A DNA stretch of 64,000 nucleotides from Candidatus Omnitrophota bacterium (GTDB lineage: Bacteria; Omnitrophota; Gorgyraeia; Pluralincolimonadales; Pluralincolimonadaceae). How positions within the stretch are numbered: the first letter of the stretch is position 1; every line of letters begins with the position of its first letter. This document shows, in pieces, positions 1 through 9,746 of the stretch. The DNA lies in the NCBI GenBank assembly GCA_003141835.1, contig PLNR01000005.1, forward strand, positions 53,108 through 117,107, given 5' to 3'. Position numbers and translations under genes: made by a program. The notes beneath the pieces are model-generated. The model was not told the origin of the DNA, searched no databases, and was given only the letters and a program-made list of their open reading frames with translations.

Positions 1-139
1 TCTCGCCCGAAGTAGAGATATATTCGAGTTATTATTATCACTATAAGCCGCGCGAAGAGAAGCCCGGCCGGGGCGTAAAAGAGACATGATGCCCTCCGGT
101 TATACCGGTTTTCATCCCCTCGTATCGGGGTATCTTTAA

Positions 140-1420
140 TTGGGCGAATTCCTTATTCCGGTCATAACGCTGACTTGCCTGTTAGTCGGTATGCTTGTCC
201 TGGTAAATACCGATGCCGCGGTAATATTGCTTATCTTCTCCATGCTCCTTTCGCCGGAACTGGAGCTGGCGCAGGTTCCAAGCCATGCTGTAGTCCTCAG
301 GTTCGACGATATATTACTTTGCGTGGTTTTCCTGACCTGGCTGGCAAAGATGGCCATGAATAAGCAATTAGGCCTGCTAAGAAATACCCCCCTGAACCTG
401 CCGATCGCGGTTTATGTGATAATTTCCATCCTTTCGACGGCGTGGGGTATCGCCGGCGGCTGGATCGTACCGATCAAGAGCCTCTTTTATTTATTAAAAT
501 ATTTTGAGTATTTTTTATTGTTTTACATGATCTCCAATATCGTAAAAAGCAAAGAACAGTTAAAGGCGTTTATCTTTGTATTTTTATTGACCGCGTTCAT
601 AATCTGTATCTATGCCTGGACCCAGTTCGGGACGGAAGCGAGGGTCACGGCCCCGTTTGAAGGGGAGTCCGAGCCGAATACCCTTTCCGGGTACCTGTTG
701 ATAGTAATGGCCTTATGCTGGGGGCTGATCTTATGCCTGAAACGGTTTAGCGCGCGCTTCTTGATTTTCGGCCTGTTCCTTTTTACCCTGCTGCCTTTTT
801 TCCGCACGCTTTCAAGAGGCGCCTGGATAGGGGTGCCGCCGATGGCGATCACGCTTACCATGCTGCACAAGCAGAAGAGCCCTATCCTTGTAGTTATTTT
901 GACCGCCGTTATTTTATCGCTGCCGGTAGTTTTGCCCAGTTTCGTAAAGCACAGGATAGAAGAGACCTTTGTGCCGGATTCGATAACCAAGGAATATGAG
1001 GTGGCCGGGAAAAAATTACCGGTGTCTTTGGAGGGTTCGGCCATGTTGAGGCTGGTAAGCTGGGAATGGATCATCACCAAGGAGTTCCCCAAGAAACCTT
1101 TCTTTGGCTGGGGGGTGACAGGCGTGGGGTTTATCGACAGCAACTATTTCCTTATGCTGGGCGAGGTCGGTTTCTTCGGCATAGCGGTATTCTTCTGGAT
1201 GTTGTCTACGATCTTCCGGCAGGCATACTGGAATTTTCAAAATATAGATGATGATTTTTACAAGGGCTTAAGTCTGGGACTGCTCGTTTGCCTGGTGGGG
1301 CTTATGGTCCAGGCGTTGACGGCAAATAGCTTTATCATCGTTCGCATAATGGAACCCTTCTGGTTTTTGACGGCTATGGTCATGGTGTTGCCCCGGCTGG
1401 CCGAGGAAAAAGCAAGATAA
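140..1420 (+). CDS. O-antigen ligase/polymerase-like polytopic membrane protein (Wzy_C-like)
   Basis: 426 aa with at least 10 predicted TM helices, the RGAWIG motif typical of the O-antigen ligase/Wzy_C family, and a large periplasmic loop. Sits directly upstream of the Wzx-like flippase. Confidence 0.55.
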   Translation: MGEFLIPVITLTCLLVGMLVLVNTDAAVILLIFSMLLSPELELAQVPSHAVVLRFDDILLCVVFLTWLAKMAMNKQLGLLRNTPLNLPIAVYVIISILSTAWGIAGGWIVPIKSLFYLLKYFEYFLLFYMISNIVKSKEQLKAFIFVFLLTAFIICIYAWTQFGTEARVTAPFEGESEPNTLSGYLLIVMALCWGLILCLKRFSARFLIFGLFLFTLLPFFRTLSRGAWIGVPPMAITLTMLHKQKSPILVVILTAVILSLPVVLPSFVKHRIEETFVPDSITKEYEVAGKKLPVSLEGSAMLRLVSWEWIITKEFPKKPFFGWGVTGVGFIDSNYFLMLGEVGFFGIAVFFWMLSTIFRQAYWNFQNIDDDFYKGLSLGLLVCLVGLMVQALTANSFIIVRIMEPFWFLTAMVMVLPRLAEEKAR

Positions 1421-1426
1421 AAATAA

Positions 1427-3043
1427 ATGGCTGCTAAAACAGAACAAAGCCTATCGCAAAAGATAGTCAGGAATACCATTTTTAATGCCGCTGGTCGTTT
1501 TTTGGGGATCTTAGTTGCTCTATTTTTGACTCCCTACGTTATCCATCATATCGGCATCGAAAGATTTGGAATTTGGGCAATCGTAGGGGCGGTAACCGGC
1601 TATTTTGGTTTGTTTGATTTTGGGATAGGGACCTCGTTTGTAAAATACATCGCTGAATTTTATGCAAATAAAGAATTTAAAAAAATAAACGAGGTCGTTA
1701 ACACAGGTTTTGTTTTTTATTCCATGTTTGCAATAATTATTATTGCCCTGGCATTTATTTTCATTAAGCCGCTACTCTCGTTTTTTAAAATCCCCCCCTA
1801 TCTATATAGCGAAACGGTGTTTGTCTTTTTAGCCGGGGTTATTCTCTTTGGTATTTCCAATGTCTTAAGTGCCTTTGTGGTAATTCAACCTGGTTTACAA
1901 CGGATGGATATTACCAATAAGGTGGCAATAGTCCTTTCAATACCAACTATTGCCGGAACATTTTTTTTCTTAGAAAAAGGGTATGGTCTACCGGGTCTTA
2001 TGATCAACAATATTATTATGTTTGTTATAAGTGGCGTAATCAATATCGTTATTTCTTTCAAGATATTACCCGAGTTAAGGTTTAATCCTTTCCTGCAGAA
2101 CAAGAAAATGTTTAAGAAGCTATTCACCTTTGGTTATAAATTGCAAATAGTCAAAATGAGCAGTTTTGCCGGGTCACAAACCGACAAGTTGCTGATCACC
2201 TATTTCTTAAGCCTGGGATCGGTAACTTTTTATTATCTGGGTAATACAATTGTTGAGAAAGCAAAAGACGTGTCCCTTCTTATCACTTCGGCTCTTCTGC
2301 CGGCAATATCAGAACTTGATGCCGGGAGGAAAATGGACAAAATTGCTCTGCTGTATTTTAGGAGCATAAAATATGTTACATTAATTGCCCTGCCCTTGAT
2401 TTTTTTTCTTTTTACAGATGCTCGCCTAATTATTTTAACCTGGATGAACCAAGATTTTGAAAAAGCGGTTCTCGCTTTACAGATTTTATCCGTCGGGATT
2501 TTCACAAATATCCTAACCGGGCCGGCGGCAGTTACTGTACAAGGCATAGGAAAACCAGAATACAATATGAGAGTTAGCCTGTTGCATTTATTCTTGAACT
2601 TATTCTTGAGTATAACCCTAATCATCAAATTTGGTTTTGTGGGTGTTTTAATTGGCACATCCCTGTCTTGTTTTCTCACGGGCGGTTATTTCATTTTCTT
2701 AGTAAATAGATTGCTAAAAATTTCTTCCGTTGAATTTTGCAAGATTATTCTTCAACCTTTACTCGCCTGCTTACTGGCAGCTTTTTTTATTCATCTTTTA
2801 AATATTCCGTTTGCTCCGTCAGGTCTTGCGGTAGACCGCCTTGCCAATCTTGGCATTTTAGTTCGTAACGGTCTCGCTTTCGGGGTGATAATTATAGCAA
2901 TTCTTTGGGTCACCAGGTACTTTAACGAGGAAGATGTGTCCTTAGCAAAAAGCCTATTTACGCAAGTTTCTTATGGCATAAAAGGTTTGAAGGGCGGTAA
3001 TTCCCGGAGAGACGATAAGATCAATGGGAAAGACTTGCAATGA
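1427..3043 (+). CDS. Wzx-like polysaccharide flippase (MOP/PST family)
   Basis: 538 aa, about 14 TM helices, N-terminal pattern typical of polysaccharide biosynthesis/flippase proteins. Low-GC coding region. Confidence 0.65.
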   Translation: MAAKTEQSLSQKIVRNTIFNAAGRFLGILVALFLTPYVIHHIGIERFGIWAIVGAVTGYFGLFDFGIGTSFVKYIAEFYANKEFKKINEVVNTGFVFYSMFAIIIIALAFIFIKPLLSFFKIPPYLYSETVFVFLAGVILFGISNVLSAFVVIQPGLQRMDITNKVAIVLSIPTIAGTFFFLEKGYGLPGLMINNIIMFVISGVINIVISFKILPELRFNPFLQNKKMFKKLFTFGYKLQIVKMSSFAGSQTDKLLITYFLSLGSVTFYYLGNTIVEKAKDVSLLITSALLPAISELDAGRKMDKIALLYFRSIKYVTLIALPLIFFLFTDARLIILTWMNQDFEKAVLALQILSVGIFTNILTGPAAVTVQGIGKPEYNMRVSLLHLFLNLFLSITLIIKFGFVGVLIGTSLSCFLTGGYFIFLVNRLLKISSVEFCKIILQPLLACLLAAFFIHLLNIPFAPSGLAVDRLANLGILVRNGLAFGVIIIAILWVTRYFNEEDVSLAKSLFTQVSYGIKGLKGGNSRRDDKINGKDLQ

Positions 3044-4128
3044 CTGCTTTAGAAGCACTCAATAAAATATTAAGAACCCTGTATTATACCTTTCATCCAA
3101 AGCACCTCTTTTTGTCAGTAAGACGTAGGGTTTTAAGAAAGACAAAGACCTTATTTCACGGCGAACTCCCTAGTTCTCTTTTTATCGAGGTTACCGGAGT
3201 ATGTAATCTACGCTGTGTCATATGTCACCGTAGTCACATAAGGGAAGAATTAGGTGAAATGGATTTAGGCACTTTTGCCCGAGTTGCAAGGATTTTTCCG
3301 TATGTTGAATCGGTATGCCTCATGGGTATCGGCGAACCTTTAGCAAGCAAGAACATTCTCGAAATGATCGCTGTATGCAAATCATATGGGCTTTCAGTTG
3401 GTTTTAATTCTAACGGCGTTTTATTAACGCCTAGTTTAACTAAAGATCTAATCTTATCCGGGCTGGATACTTTTGTTTTTTCTATTGACGGCGCTACTAA
3501 AGAAGTATATGAAAAAATTCGTATCGGTTCAAACTTCGATAAAGTCATCGAAAATATCAAGACCTTTACTGAAATGAAAAAAGAACTTAATAGGAATAAT
3601 CCAATTTTAGGATTGGAATTTGTTGCCATAACCAAAAATATTCACGAGCTTTTACCATATATTGACTTAGCTAAAAAAATTGGCATTAATAAAATTGTCG
3701 TAAGCCATGTTATTACGTTTTCAGAAGACCAGGAAAAGGAGGCATTGTATAATCATAGTGATCCAAGACATCAACAAATATGGAATGAGGCAATATCAAA
3801 AGCGAGGGACTTAGGAATTCGTTTAATACTACCTCCGTCGCAGGCAGTAGAAAACTCAAATTGCAGGTTTAGACCCTGGAAATGTTTATTTGTATCTTGG
3901 AAAGGAGACGTAAAACCTTGTTGTACCTACCTCCATTCTTTACCACTTTTATATAAGGGTAAAAAAATAATAGTTCCTACAATGAATTTTGGGAATGTCC
4001 ATAAAGAAGATATATTAAATTTATGGTATTCTCCCGAATACATCAAATTTAGAGAGCAAATTTTGAATAAGAAATATACAGAGATATGTGATTGTTGCCT
4101 TTACTCAAAGGAACTAATACCCGCTTAA
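3040..4128 (+). CDS. radical SAM protein with Cys-rich SPASM/twitch-like C-terminal domain
   Basis: CNLRCVIC = CX3CX2C radical-SAM motif near the N-terminus. C-terminal 80 aa contain 7 Cys (CC..C..CDCC), suggesting auxiliary Fe-S cluster(s). Start overlaps the stop of the upstream gene. Confidence 0.7.
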   Translation: MTALEALNKILRTLYYTFHPKHLFLSVRRRVLRKTKTLFHGELPSSLFIEVTGVCNLRCVICHRSHIREELGEMDLGTFARVARIFPYVESVCLMGIGEPLASKNILEMIAVCKSYGLSVGFNSNGVLLTPSLTKDLILSGLDTFVFSIDGATKEVYEKIRIGSNFDKVIENIKTFTEMKKELNRNNPILGLEFVAITKNIHELLPYIDLAKKIGINKIVVSHVITFSEDQEKEALYNHSDPRHQQIWNEAISKARDLGIRLILPPSQAVENSNCRFRPWKCLFVSWKGDVKPCCTYLHSLPLLYKGKKIIVPTMNFGNVHKEDILNLWYSPEYIKFREQILNKKYTEICDCCLYSKELIPA

Positions 4129-5492
4129 TGAAAAAAGTTTTATTTATCAACCCAGCAGTTAATAAATGTGGCGTCCCCCATACAGGACTGGCGATGTTAG
4201 GTGCTGTATTGAAAGAACAAGGACACGCGGTAAAGATTGCGGACTACCATTTTTTTTCTAAAACACCAAAGATTGAAAAAATTCTTGACGATTTTAGACC
4301 CGATGTAGTGGGAATTTCACTGTTTTCTTGTGCGGTATCCGTTGCCGATAAGATGATCACGGTCATAAAGGGCAAGAATAAAAATATCCCATTGCTATGC
4401 GGCGGTCCACATACCTCTTCATATTATAAGGAATTATCTACTGACTCTCGATTCGATTATATTATTATTGGAGAAGCAGAAAGCATTATTGTTGACCTGG
4501 TGGAAAAGGCTACGAGTAATAAACTACCCCAGGTAATTTATGCCCCCTTACCTGATATTAACAAATTGCCTTTTCCAGATTACACTTCCTTTTATAATCA
4601 CGAGAGTATCGACTTATATCCAATTATCACCAGCCGCGGCTGTCCATTTAACTGTTCTTTTTGTTCTGTACGACTCTCAAATTCAAAAAACTGGAGACCG
4701 AGATCTCTAGGGAACTGTATTGAAGAATTAAAAAGAATTAAGTCGGAACTTATTTTTGTTAAAAGTGTAATGATTTGGGACGACAATTTTTCATTAGATA
4801 TAGATCGAGCAAAGCTTTTTTTGCAATTGTGGCTCAAAGAGAAATTTCAATATAAATTAAGCTTAGCTAATGTCCGGGCAGATAAGATCGATAAAGAATT
4901 CCTGTCGCTTCTTAAGAGGGCCGGATGCGAAGAAGTCCAATTTGGCGTTGAACATGGGAATCCAGAAGTTTTCAGGCACGTTGAAAAGGGAGAAACGCTG
5001 GAAGATATCAGGCGAGCGGCAAAATTGGTAAACCAATGCGGAATGAAATTGGGTTGTTCGTTTATCATAGGGTTACCTCACGATACTTTAAAAAGAACCC
5101 TCGACTCTATTAAGTTTGCGAAAGAGTTAAAACCAGATCATATTCATTGGAACATACTTGTTCCCTACAAAGGGACAAGAGTTTATGAATATTTTAAAAA
5201 GAACGGACAAGCAAATAATGCTTCTATACCCTTTACGATCCCGCAAGACGGGCTATCTTTTGAACCAAATGCCGACACTCCTTATTTTACTCGAGAGGAA
5301 CGAAAAAAAGCTTATTTAATGGCATTACTTTTGTCAAAGGACGATTTATTATTACAGGATATAAGAAAAACTTTTTATAGAGCTCTGGAATATAATCTAA
5401 TAAAAGAATTTTTGCAGTGGCTTATTAGTGCAAAAATAATAAAAAACTTGATTTGGACAGCAAGGAAGCGCATGTCAAGGTATAAAAGGTGA
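4128..5492 (+). CDS. B12-binding domain radical SAM enzyme (class B-like)
   Basis: N-terminal B12-binding-like Rossmann segment (MKKVLFINP...GISLFS) followed by SRGCPFNCSFC = CX3CX2C. ATG 4128 overlaps the upstream TAA (TAATG). Paralog of 6472..7845 and 16945..18231. Confidence 0.75.
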   Translation: MKKVLFINPAVNKCGVPHTGLAMLGAVLKEQGHAVKIADYHFFSKTPKIEKILDDFRPDVVGISLFSCAVSVADKMITVIKGKNKNIPLLCGGPHTSSYYKELSTDSRFDYIIIGEAESIIVDLVEKATSNKLPQVIYAPLPDINKLPFPDYTSFYNHESIDLYPIITSRGCPFNCSFCSVRLSNSKNWRPRSLGNCIEELKRIKSELIFVKSVMIWDDNFSLDIDRAKLFLQLWLKEKFQYKLSLANVRADKIDKEFLSLLKRAGCEEVQFGVEHGNPEVFRHVEKGETLEDIRRAAKLVNQCGMKLGCSFIIGLPHDTLKRTLDSIKFAKELKPDHIHWNILVPYKGTRVYEYFKKNGQANNASIPFTIPQDGLSFEPNADTPYFTREERKKAYLMALLLSKDDLLLQDIRKTFYRALEYNLIKEFLQWLISAKIIKNLIWTARKRMSRYKR

Positions 5493-6475
5493 ACGTATTA
5501 GTCACGGGCGGAACGGGATTTATTGGAAGTGCGCTGGTCAAACGATTACTCAGAGAGGGTAATAGAGTAGGAGTTTTGAGTAGAGGTGAAAAAATTTTAG
5601 ACATTTCTCCTGAAGAAGAAGTAAAAATATATAGGGCCGATATATCTGATTTGGCATCGCTTGAACGTTCATTTCCTCTAGCTGGGAATATGAATATAAT
5701 ATTTCACTTAGCCGCCTGCACAGATTACAATGCAAGTAAAGAGAAACTATTTCGGACAAATGTAAAAGGAACCTTAAACCTTCTTAATCTTGCTGTAAAG
5801 CGCGGAATTAAGAAGTTTGTGTATATCAGTAGCATTGAAGCAATGGGCCCTATAACGAAAGAGCAAATTCCAGCCGAGGAATCTTACGTTTGTCAGCCTG
5901 TAAATGCTTATGGAGAATCAAAATTAGAGGCAGAAAAACAAGTAACAAGAGTTGGAAGCGAGGGGAAAGTAGAAACAGTTATTTTGCGCCTAGGTAATGT
6001 ATACGGCCCTAAAAGCTTATCTTTTATTTCACCTATTTCCAGCGCTATTTTAAGTAAAAATAAAAGATGGCTATATTTTAATCGCGATAGGTATTTATGG
6101 CATCCTGTATATATTGAAGATGTTATTGATGGAATTATGAAAGCTGCAGAAATAAAAGGGATAAATAATACTTATATTCTAACAGATGCAGAATATATTA
6201 CAGTTGAAGGTTTATCTCAGTTAATAGCCCGAGCGTTAGACATAGATGCAAGAACGTTAAGGTTAAATAAAATTGAGAAATTATGTTTAAGTTTACGAAG
6301 GCAAGCAGATAATTTTTACCATTGCCGGGGAGACAGCGTCAAAGAGAGGCCCCATTGGATATTTTCAATAGAAAAAGCAATAAGGGAATTCGGGTATTCT
6401 CCTAAGGTGAATTTGCGAGAAGGGATAGCAAAAACTATAGAGTGGGCAAAAAAGGAAGGTCTTTTACCGAAATGA
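5489..6475 (+). CDS. NAD-dependent sugar epimerase/dehydratase (SDR family)
   Basis: GTG start. N-terminal VLVTGGTGFIGS Rossmann motif and YxxxK-containing core. Sits between two radical-SAM genes in the glycan locus. Confidence 0.8.
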   Translation: MNVLVTGGTGFIGSALVKRLLREGNRVGVLSRGEKILDISPEEEVKIYRADISDLASLERSFPLAGNMNIIFHLAACTDYNASKEKLFRTNVKGTLNLLNLAVKRGIKKFVYISSIEAMGPITKEQIPAEESYVCQPVNAYGESKLEAEKQVTRVGSEGKVETVILRLGNVYGPKSLSFISPISSAILSKNKRWLYFNRDRYLWHPVYIEDVIDGIMKAAEIKGINNTYILTDAEYITVEGLSQLIARALDIDARTLRLNKIEKLCLSLRRQADNFYHCRGDSVKERPHWIFSIEKAIREFGYSPKVNLREGIAKTIEWAKKEGLLPK

Positions 6476-7845
6476 GGATCTTATTTATAAATCCACCTGC
6501 AAGGGAACATCCGGTAGTCAGGGATATGGCGGGGGGGCTTGGGTTTGACGGCGGAAGCAGCATAGTTCTTCCGCCATTGGATTTGGCTTATATGGCTGCT
6601 ACTTTATTGAATAAAGGTCATAAAATAAAAATAATAGATGCTGATGTTGAAAGTTCTTCAAATGAAGATATTTACCGAATTACAGGAGAATATGGACCAG
6701 AGGTAGCAGTTGCCACAGTGTCCTTGCCCAGTATTTACTCGGATTGCTTATTCTTAAAAGGTATTCGAGAGCATACTTCAGCTAAAGTAATAGCCAAAAC
6801 AAACATTTCTTATCCCCCTATTCTAAAAGAGTTATTACAAAGAAGCTCTGCAGATTTATGTATTTATGGTGAGTGCGATCTCAATATCGAAGAGATAATT
6901 TCAGAAAAAGAAAGAAAAGGTACAGCTTATTTTAGAAATGATGAAATTATAATTGAAGAAAATAATTTTATACAGGATTTGGATAAATTGCCCCTGCCTG
7001 CAAGGCAACTCTTACCTAATGAAAAGTATAGATACGTCCTTTTAGGCGATGGAGTAACGACGATGCAGACAAGCCGGGGATGTTCGTTTCCCTGCTCATA
7101 TTATTGCCCCTATCCTTTGGCGCAGGGCCATAAATGGCGCTCAAGGAGCCCGGAACACGTCGTTCGGGAAATCGAAGATATCGTAAATAAATATCACATA
7201 CAAAAGATCTTATTTCGCGACGCCACTTTTACTTTTGACAAGGAAAGGGCAAGGCGGATATGCGAGTTAATTCTCGAAAAAGGATTAAAAGTCAACTGGT
7301 GGTGCGAAACGAGGGTAGACTGCCTGGATTTCGACCTTATGAAAAAGATGAAAACGGCCGGATGCCTTGGGATGAACATTGGCGTAGAAACCGGCGATCC
7401 GGAACTCATGAAGAGACAGGCAAAAATCGGAATGACCCTGGATAAGCTTAAGGAGATCAGGAAAGCGGCGCGGGAATTGGATATGCGGCTGCATTTTTTA
7501 CTGATGGTGGGCTTGCCTGATGAGACTAAAAAAACTCTCTACGCGACGTATAAATTGATCTGCGATCTAAGACCTGAAAGTATCGGTATCTGCATTATCA
7601 CCCCATACCCAGGAACGCTGTTATACAACGAAGCGAAACAAAAAGGCTGGATCGAGGCAGAGGAGTGGTCAAGGTTCGGGGGTCATTATCCCGTGATGCA
7701 TACCGGGAACCTTTCGGCCAAGGACTTAATAAAGGCGCAGCAAATGATGTTTAAGTACTTTTCGTTTTCGCGCGATGGTTCGCTAAAGGGCCGGTTAAGA
7801 TCAGCGCTGATGGACTGGCGTTTTAAAATGTGGGTTTTATGTTAG
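6472..7845 (+). CDS. B12-binding domain radical SAM enzyme with atypical CX3CX3C motif
   Basis: MRILFINPP B12-like N-terminal domain. Cys triad reads GCSFPCSYYC (tat tat tgc), one residue longer than the canonical CX3CX2C. DLDKLPLPAR motif shared with paralog 16945..18231. ATGA overlap with the epimerase stop. Confidence 0.7.
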   Translation: MRILFINPPAREHPVVRDMAGGLGFDGGSSIVLPPLDLAYMAATLLNKGHKIKIIDADVESSSNEDIYRITGEYGPEVAVATVSLPSIYSDCLFLKGIREHTSAKVIAKTNISYPPILKELLQRSSADLCIYGECDLNIEEIISEKERKGTAYFRNDEIIIEENNFIQDLDKLPLPARQLLPNEKYRYVLLGDGVTTMQTSRGCSFPCSYYCPYPLAQGHKWRSRSPEHVVREIEDIVNKYHIQKILFRDATFTFDKERARRICELILEKGLKVNWWCETRVDCLDFDLMKKMKTAGCLGMNIGVETGDPELMKRQAKIGMTLDKLKEIRKAARELDMRLHFLLMVGLPDETKKTLYATYKLICDLRPESIGICIITPYPGTLLYNEAKQKGWIEAEEWSRFGGHYPVMHTGNLSAKDLIKAQQMMFKYFSFSRDGSLKGRLRSALMDWRFKMWVLC

Positions 7846-7855
7846 GAAGGAAATC

Positions 7856-9733
7856 TTGAAAGACCTATCGTTAAGCGTGGTTATCCCGACGTGCAACCGA
7901 AAAGAGGTCCTTAAAAAGTGCCTTGATGCGCTTTTTAGGCAGACATATCCCAAATCCGGTTATGAAATTATCGTCATAAACGACGGCTCGTCAGACGGGA
8001 CCGACGAATTGGTTGGATCTGAAATAAACCGTTCGCCTTGCGCTTTACGATATTTTAAACAGGAAAACAAAGGGCCTGCCGCGGCAAGGAATGTGGGAAT
8101 CATGAATGCGAACGGTAAGATCATCCTGATCATCGGTGACGATATTATCGCTGCCCCTACTTTACTGGAAGAACATGCTAACCGGCATAAACAATTTTCG
8201 GGCGAAAATGTGGCTGTGCTCGGATATGTAACCTGGTCGCCGGATTTAAAAATCAATCCTTTAATGGAGTTCGTCGAACAGGTGGGATTCCAATTTGGCT
8301 ATCCCTTGATCAAGGATCCCGACGATGTACCCTTCAATTTTTTTTATACGGCCAACATTTCCTTGAAAAGAAAATTCCTGCTGGAAAAAGGGTTATTTGA
8401 CGAGGATTTTAAATATCCGGCCTATGAGGATATGGAATTAGGCGCGCGATTAAAGAACAAAGGCTTAAGGATCATCTATAACAAAAATGCTATCGGCTGG
8501 CATTATCATTCGTATACCCTAAAAAAATTTTGTGAACGCCAAAAGATGGTAGGCCGCGCTTCTGAAATTTATTCTAAAAAATATTCACAACTGACTGGCA
8601 CCGCAGAGGTTGTTAAGCCCCGGGAGCGATTGCGCTTGAAGATCAAGTTATTAGAACCGCTGCTTTTAATATCCGAAAGGTTTAAAATAAAAAGTTTCTT
8701 GTTCAAGTATTATTACACTATTTTGGAATTTTACAAAAATTTAGGGTATACCGAGCAATTGAGAACTAAAAAAGTTTCCATACAAAAGGATTTTGTATCT
8801 ATAGTTATTGTCAACTGGAACGGCAAGAAATATATAATCCAGTGCCTCGAAGCCGTATTTAAGCAGACCTATAAAAATTTCGAAGTTATAATAATAGATA
8901 ATGGCTCAACGGACGGTTCGGACCGGTCGATCGAAAGTTATTTACCCCGGATCAGGCTGATCCGGAATCAGGCAAACGCCGGATTCAGCAAAGCCAACAA
9001 CCAGGGGATCAAATTCTCAAAAGGGGAATTCGTACTATTGTTGAATACGGATGCATTTATAGAGCCGGATTTTTTGGAGGAGGCGGTCAAAGCCGCTAAG
9101 TCAGACGAAAGAATAGGCCTTGTAACGGGTAAGATATTAAAACAGTCATCTGAAAGCGGCAAAAAGGTCATAGATTCGACAGGCCATACGGGCAGCAGGT
9201 ATAGGCGTTTTTGCGACAGGGGAGGGGACGAAGAGGATAAAGGGCAATACGATATTTGCGGATATGTATTCGGCGTCTGCGCCGCCTGCGGGCTGTATAA
9301 AAGGCGGATGTTGGAGGATATCTCAATAGACGGGGAATATCTTGACGAATTGTTTTTTTCATATTATGAAGATGTGGATCTGGGATGGCGGGCGCAGCTT
9401 CGGGGATGGAAAGCTTATTATACGCCCCTGGCGATCAGCTACCATGTTCGCGGCGGAAGCGGCCTCCACGGGCGTTTGGGACGTTGTTTTGATTATCGGA
9501 ATTGGCACCTGATGATTTTCAAGAACGATTCTTTATTTAATATATTAAAAGATTTCCGCCAGGTTTGCACTTATGATTATTACAGGTCGAAAACCGCATT
9601 TATTGAAGGATATCTATTTAAAAGCTGGTTTGGCATAATAAGGCTGCTTCCATCGGTTATAAAAAAGCGGTGGATCATCCAAAGAAAAAAGACGGCAACC
9701 GATGAATACATACGCAAGTGGTTTAAAACATAA
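7856..9733 (+). CDS. tandem two-domain family 2 glycosyltransferase (GT2-GT2)
   Basis: Two GT-A modules, each with the VVIPTCN/IVIVNWN start and a D-x-D/NDGS(D) signature: VINDGSSDGTDE at the N-terminus and IIDNGSTDGSD mid-protein. Confidence 0.8.
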   Translation: MKDLSLSVVIPTCNRKEVLKKCLDALFRQTYPKSGYEIIVINDGSSDGTDELVGSEINRSPCALRYFKQENKGPAAARNVGIMNANGKIILIIGDDIIAAPTLLEEHANRHKQFSGENVAVLGYVTWSPDLKINPLMEFVEQVGFQFGYPLIKDPDDVPFNFFYTANISLKRKFLLEKGLFDEDFKYPAYEDMELGARLKNKGLRIIYNKNAIGWHYHSYTLKKFCERQKMVGRASEIYSKKYSQLTGTAEVVKPRERLRLKIKLLEPLLLISERFKIKSFLFKYYYTILEFYKNLGYTEQLRTKKVSIQKDFVSIVIVNWNGKKYIIQCLEAVFKQTYKNFEVIIIDNGSTDGSDRSIESYLPRIRLIRNQANAGFSKANNQGIKFSKGEFVLLLNTDAFIEPDFLEEAVKAAKSDERIGLVTGKILKQSSESGKKVIDSTGHTGSRYRRFCDRGGDEEDKGQYDICGYVFGVCAACGLYKRRMLEDISIDGEYLDELFFSYYEDVDLGWRAQLRGWKAYYTPLAISYHVRGGSGLHGRLGRCFDYRNWHLMIFKNDSLFNILKDFRQVCTYDYYRSKTAFIEGYLFKSWFGIIRLLPSVIKKRWIIQRKKTATDEYIRKWFKT

Positions 9734-9746
9734 CGTCAGGACAAAT

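Noticed and set aside
3040-7845. RiPP-like interpretation (rSAM-SPASM plus B12-rSAM as peptide maturases)
   Set aside because: No short precursor-peptide ORF, protease or transporter typical of RiPP clusters lies nearby. The genes sit within a flippase/glycosyltransferase context, so sugar tailoring is the more economical reading.
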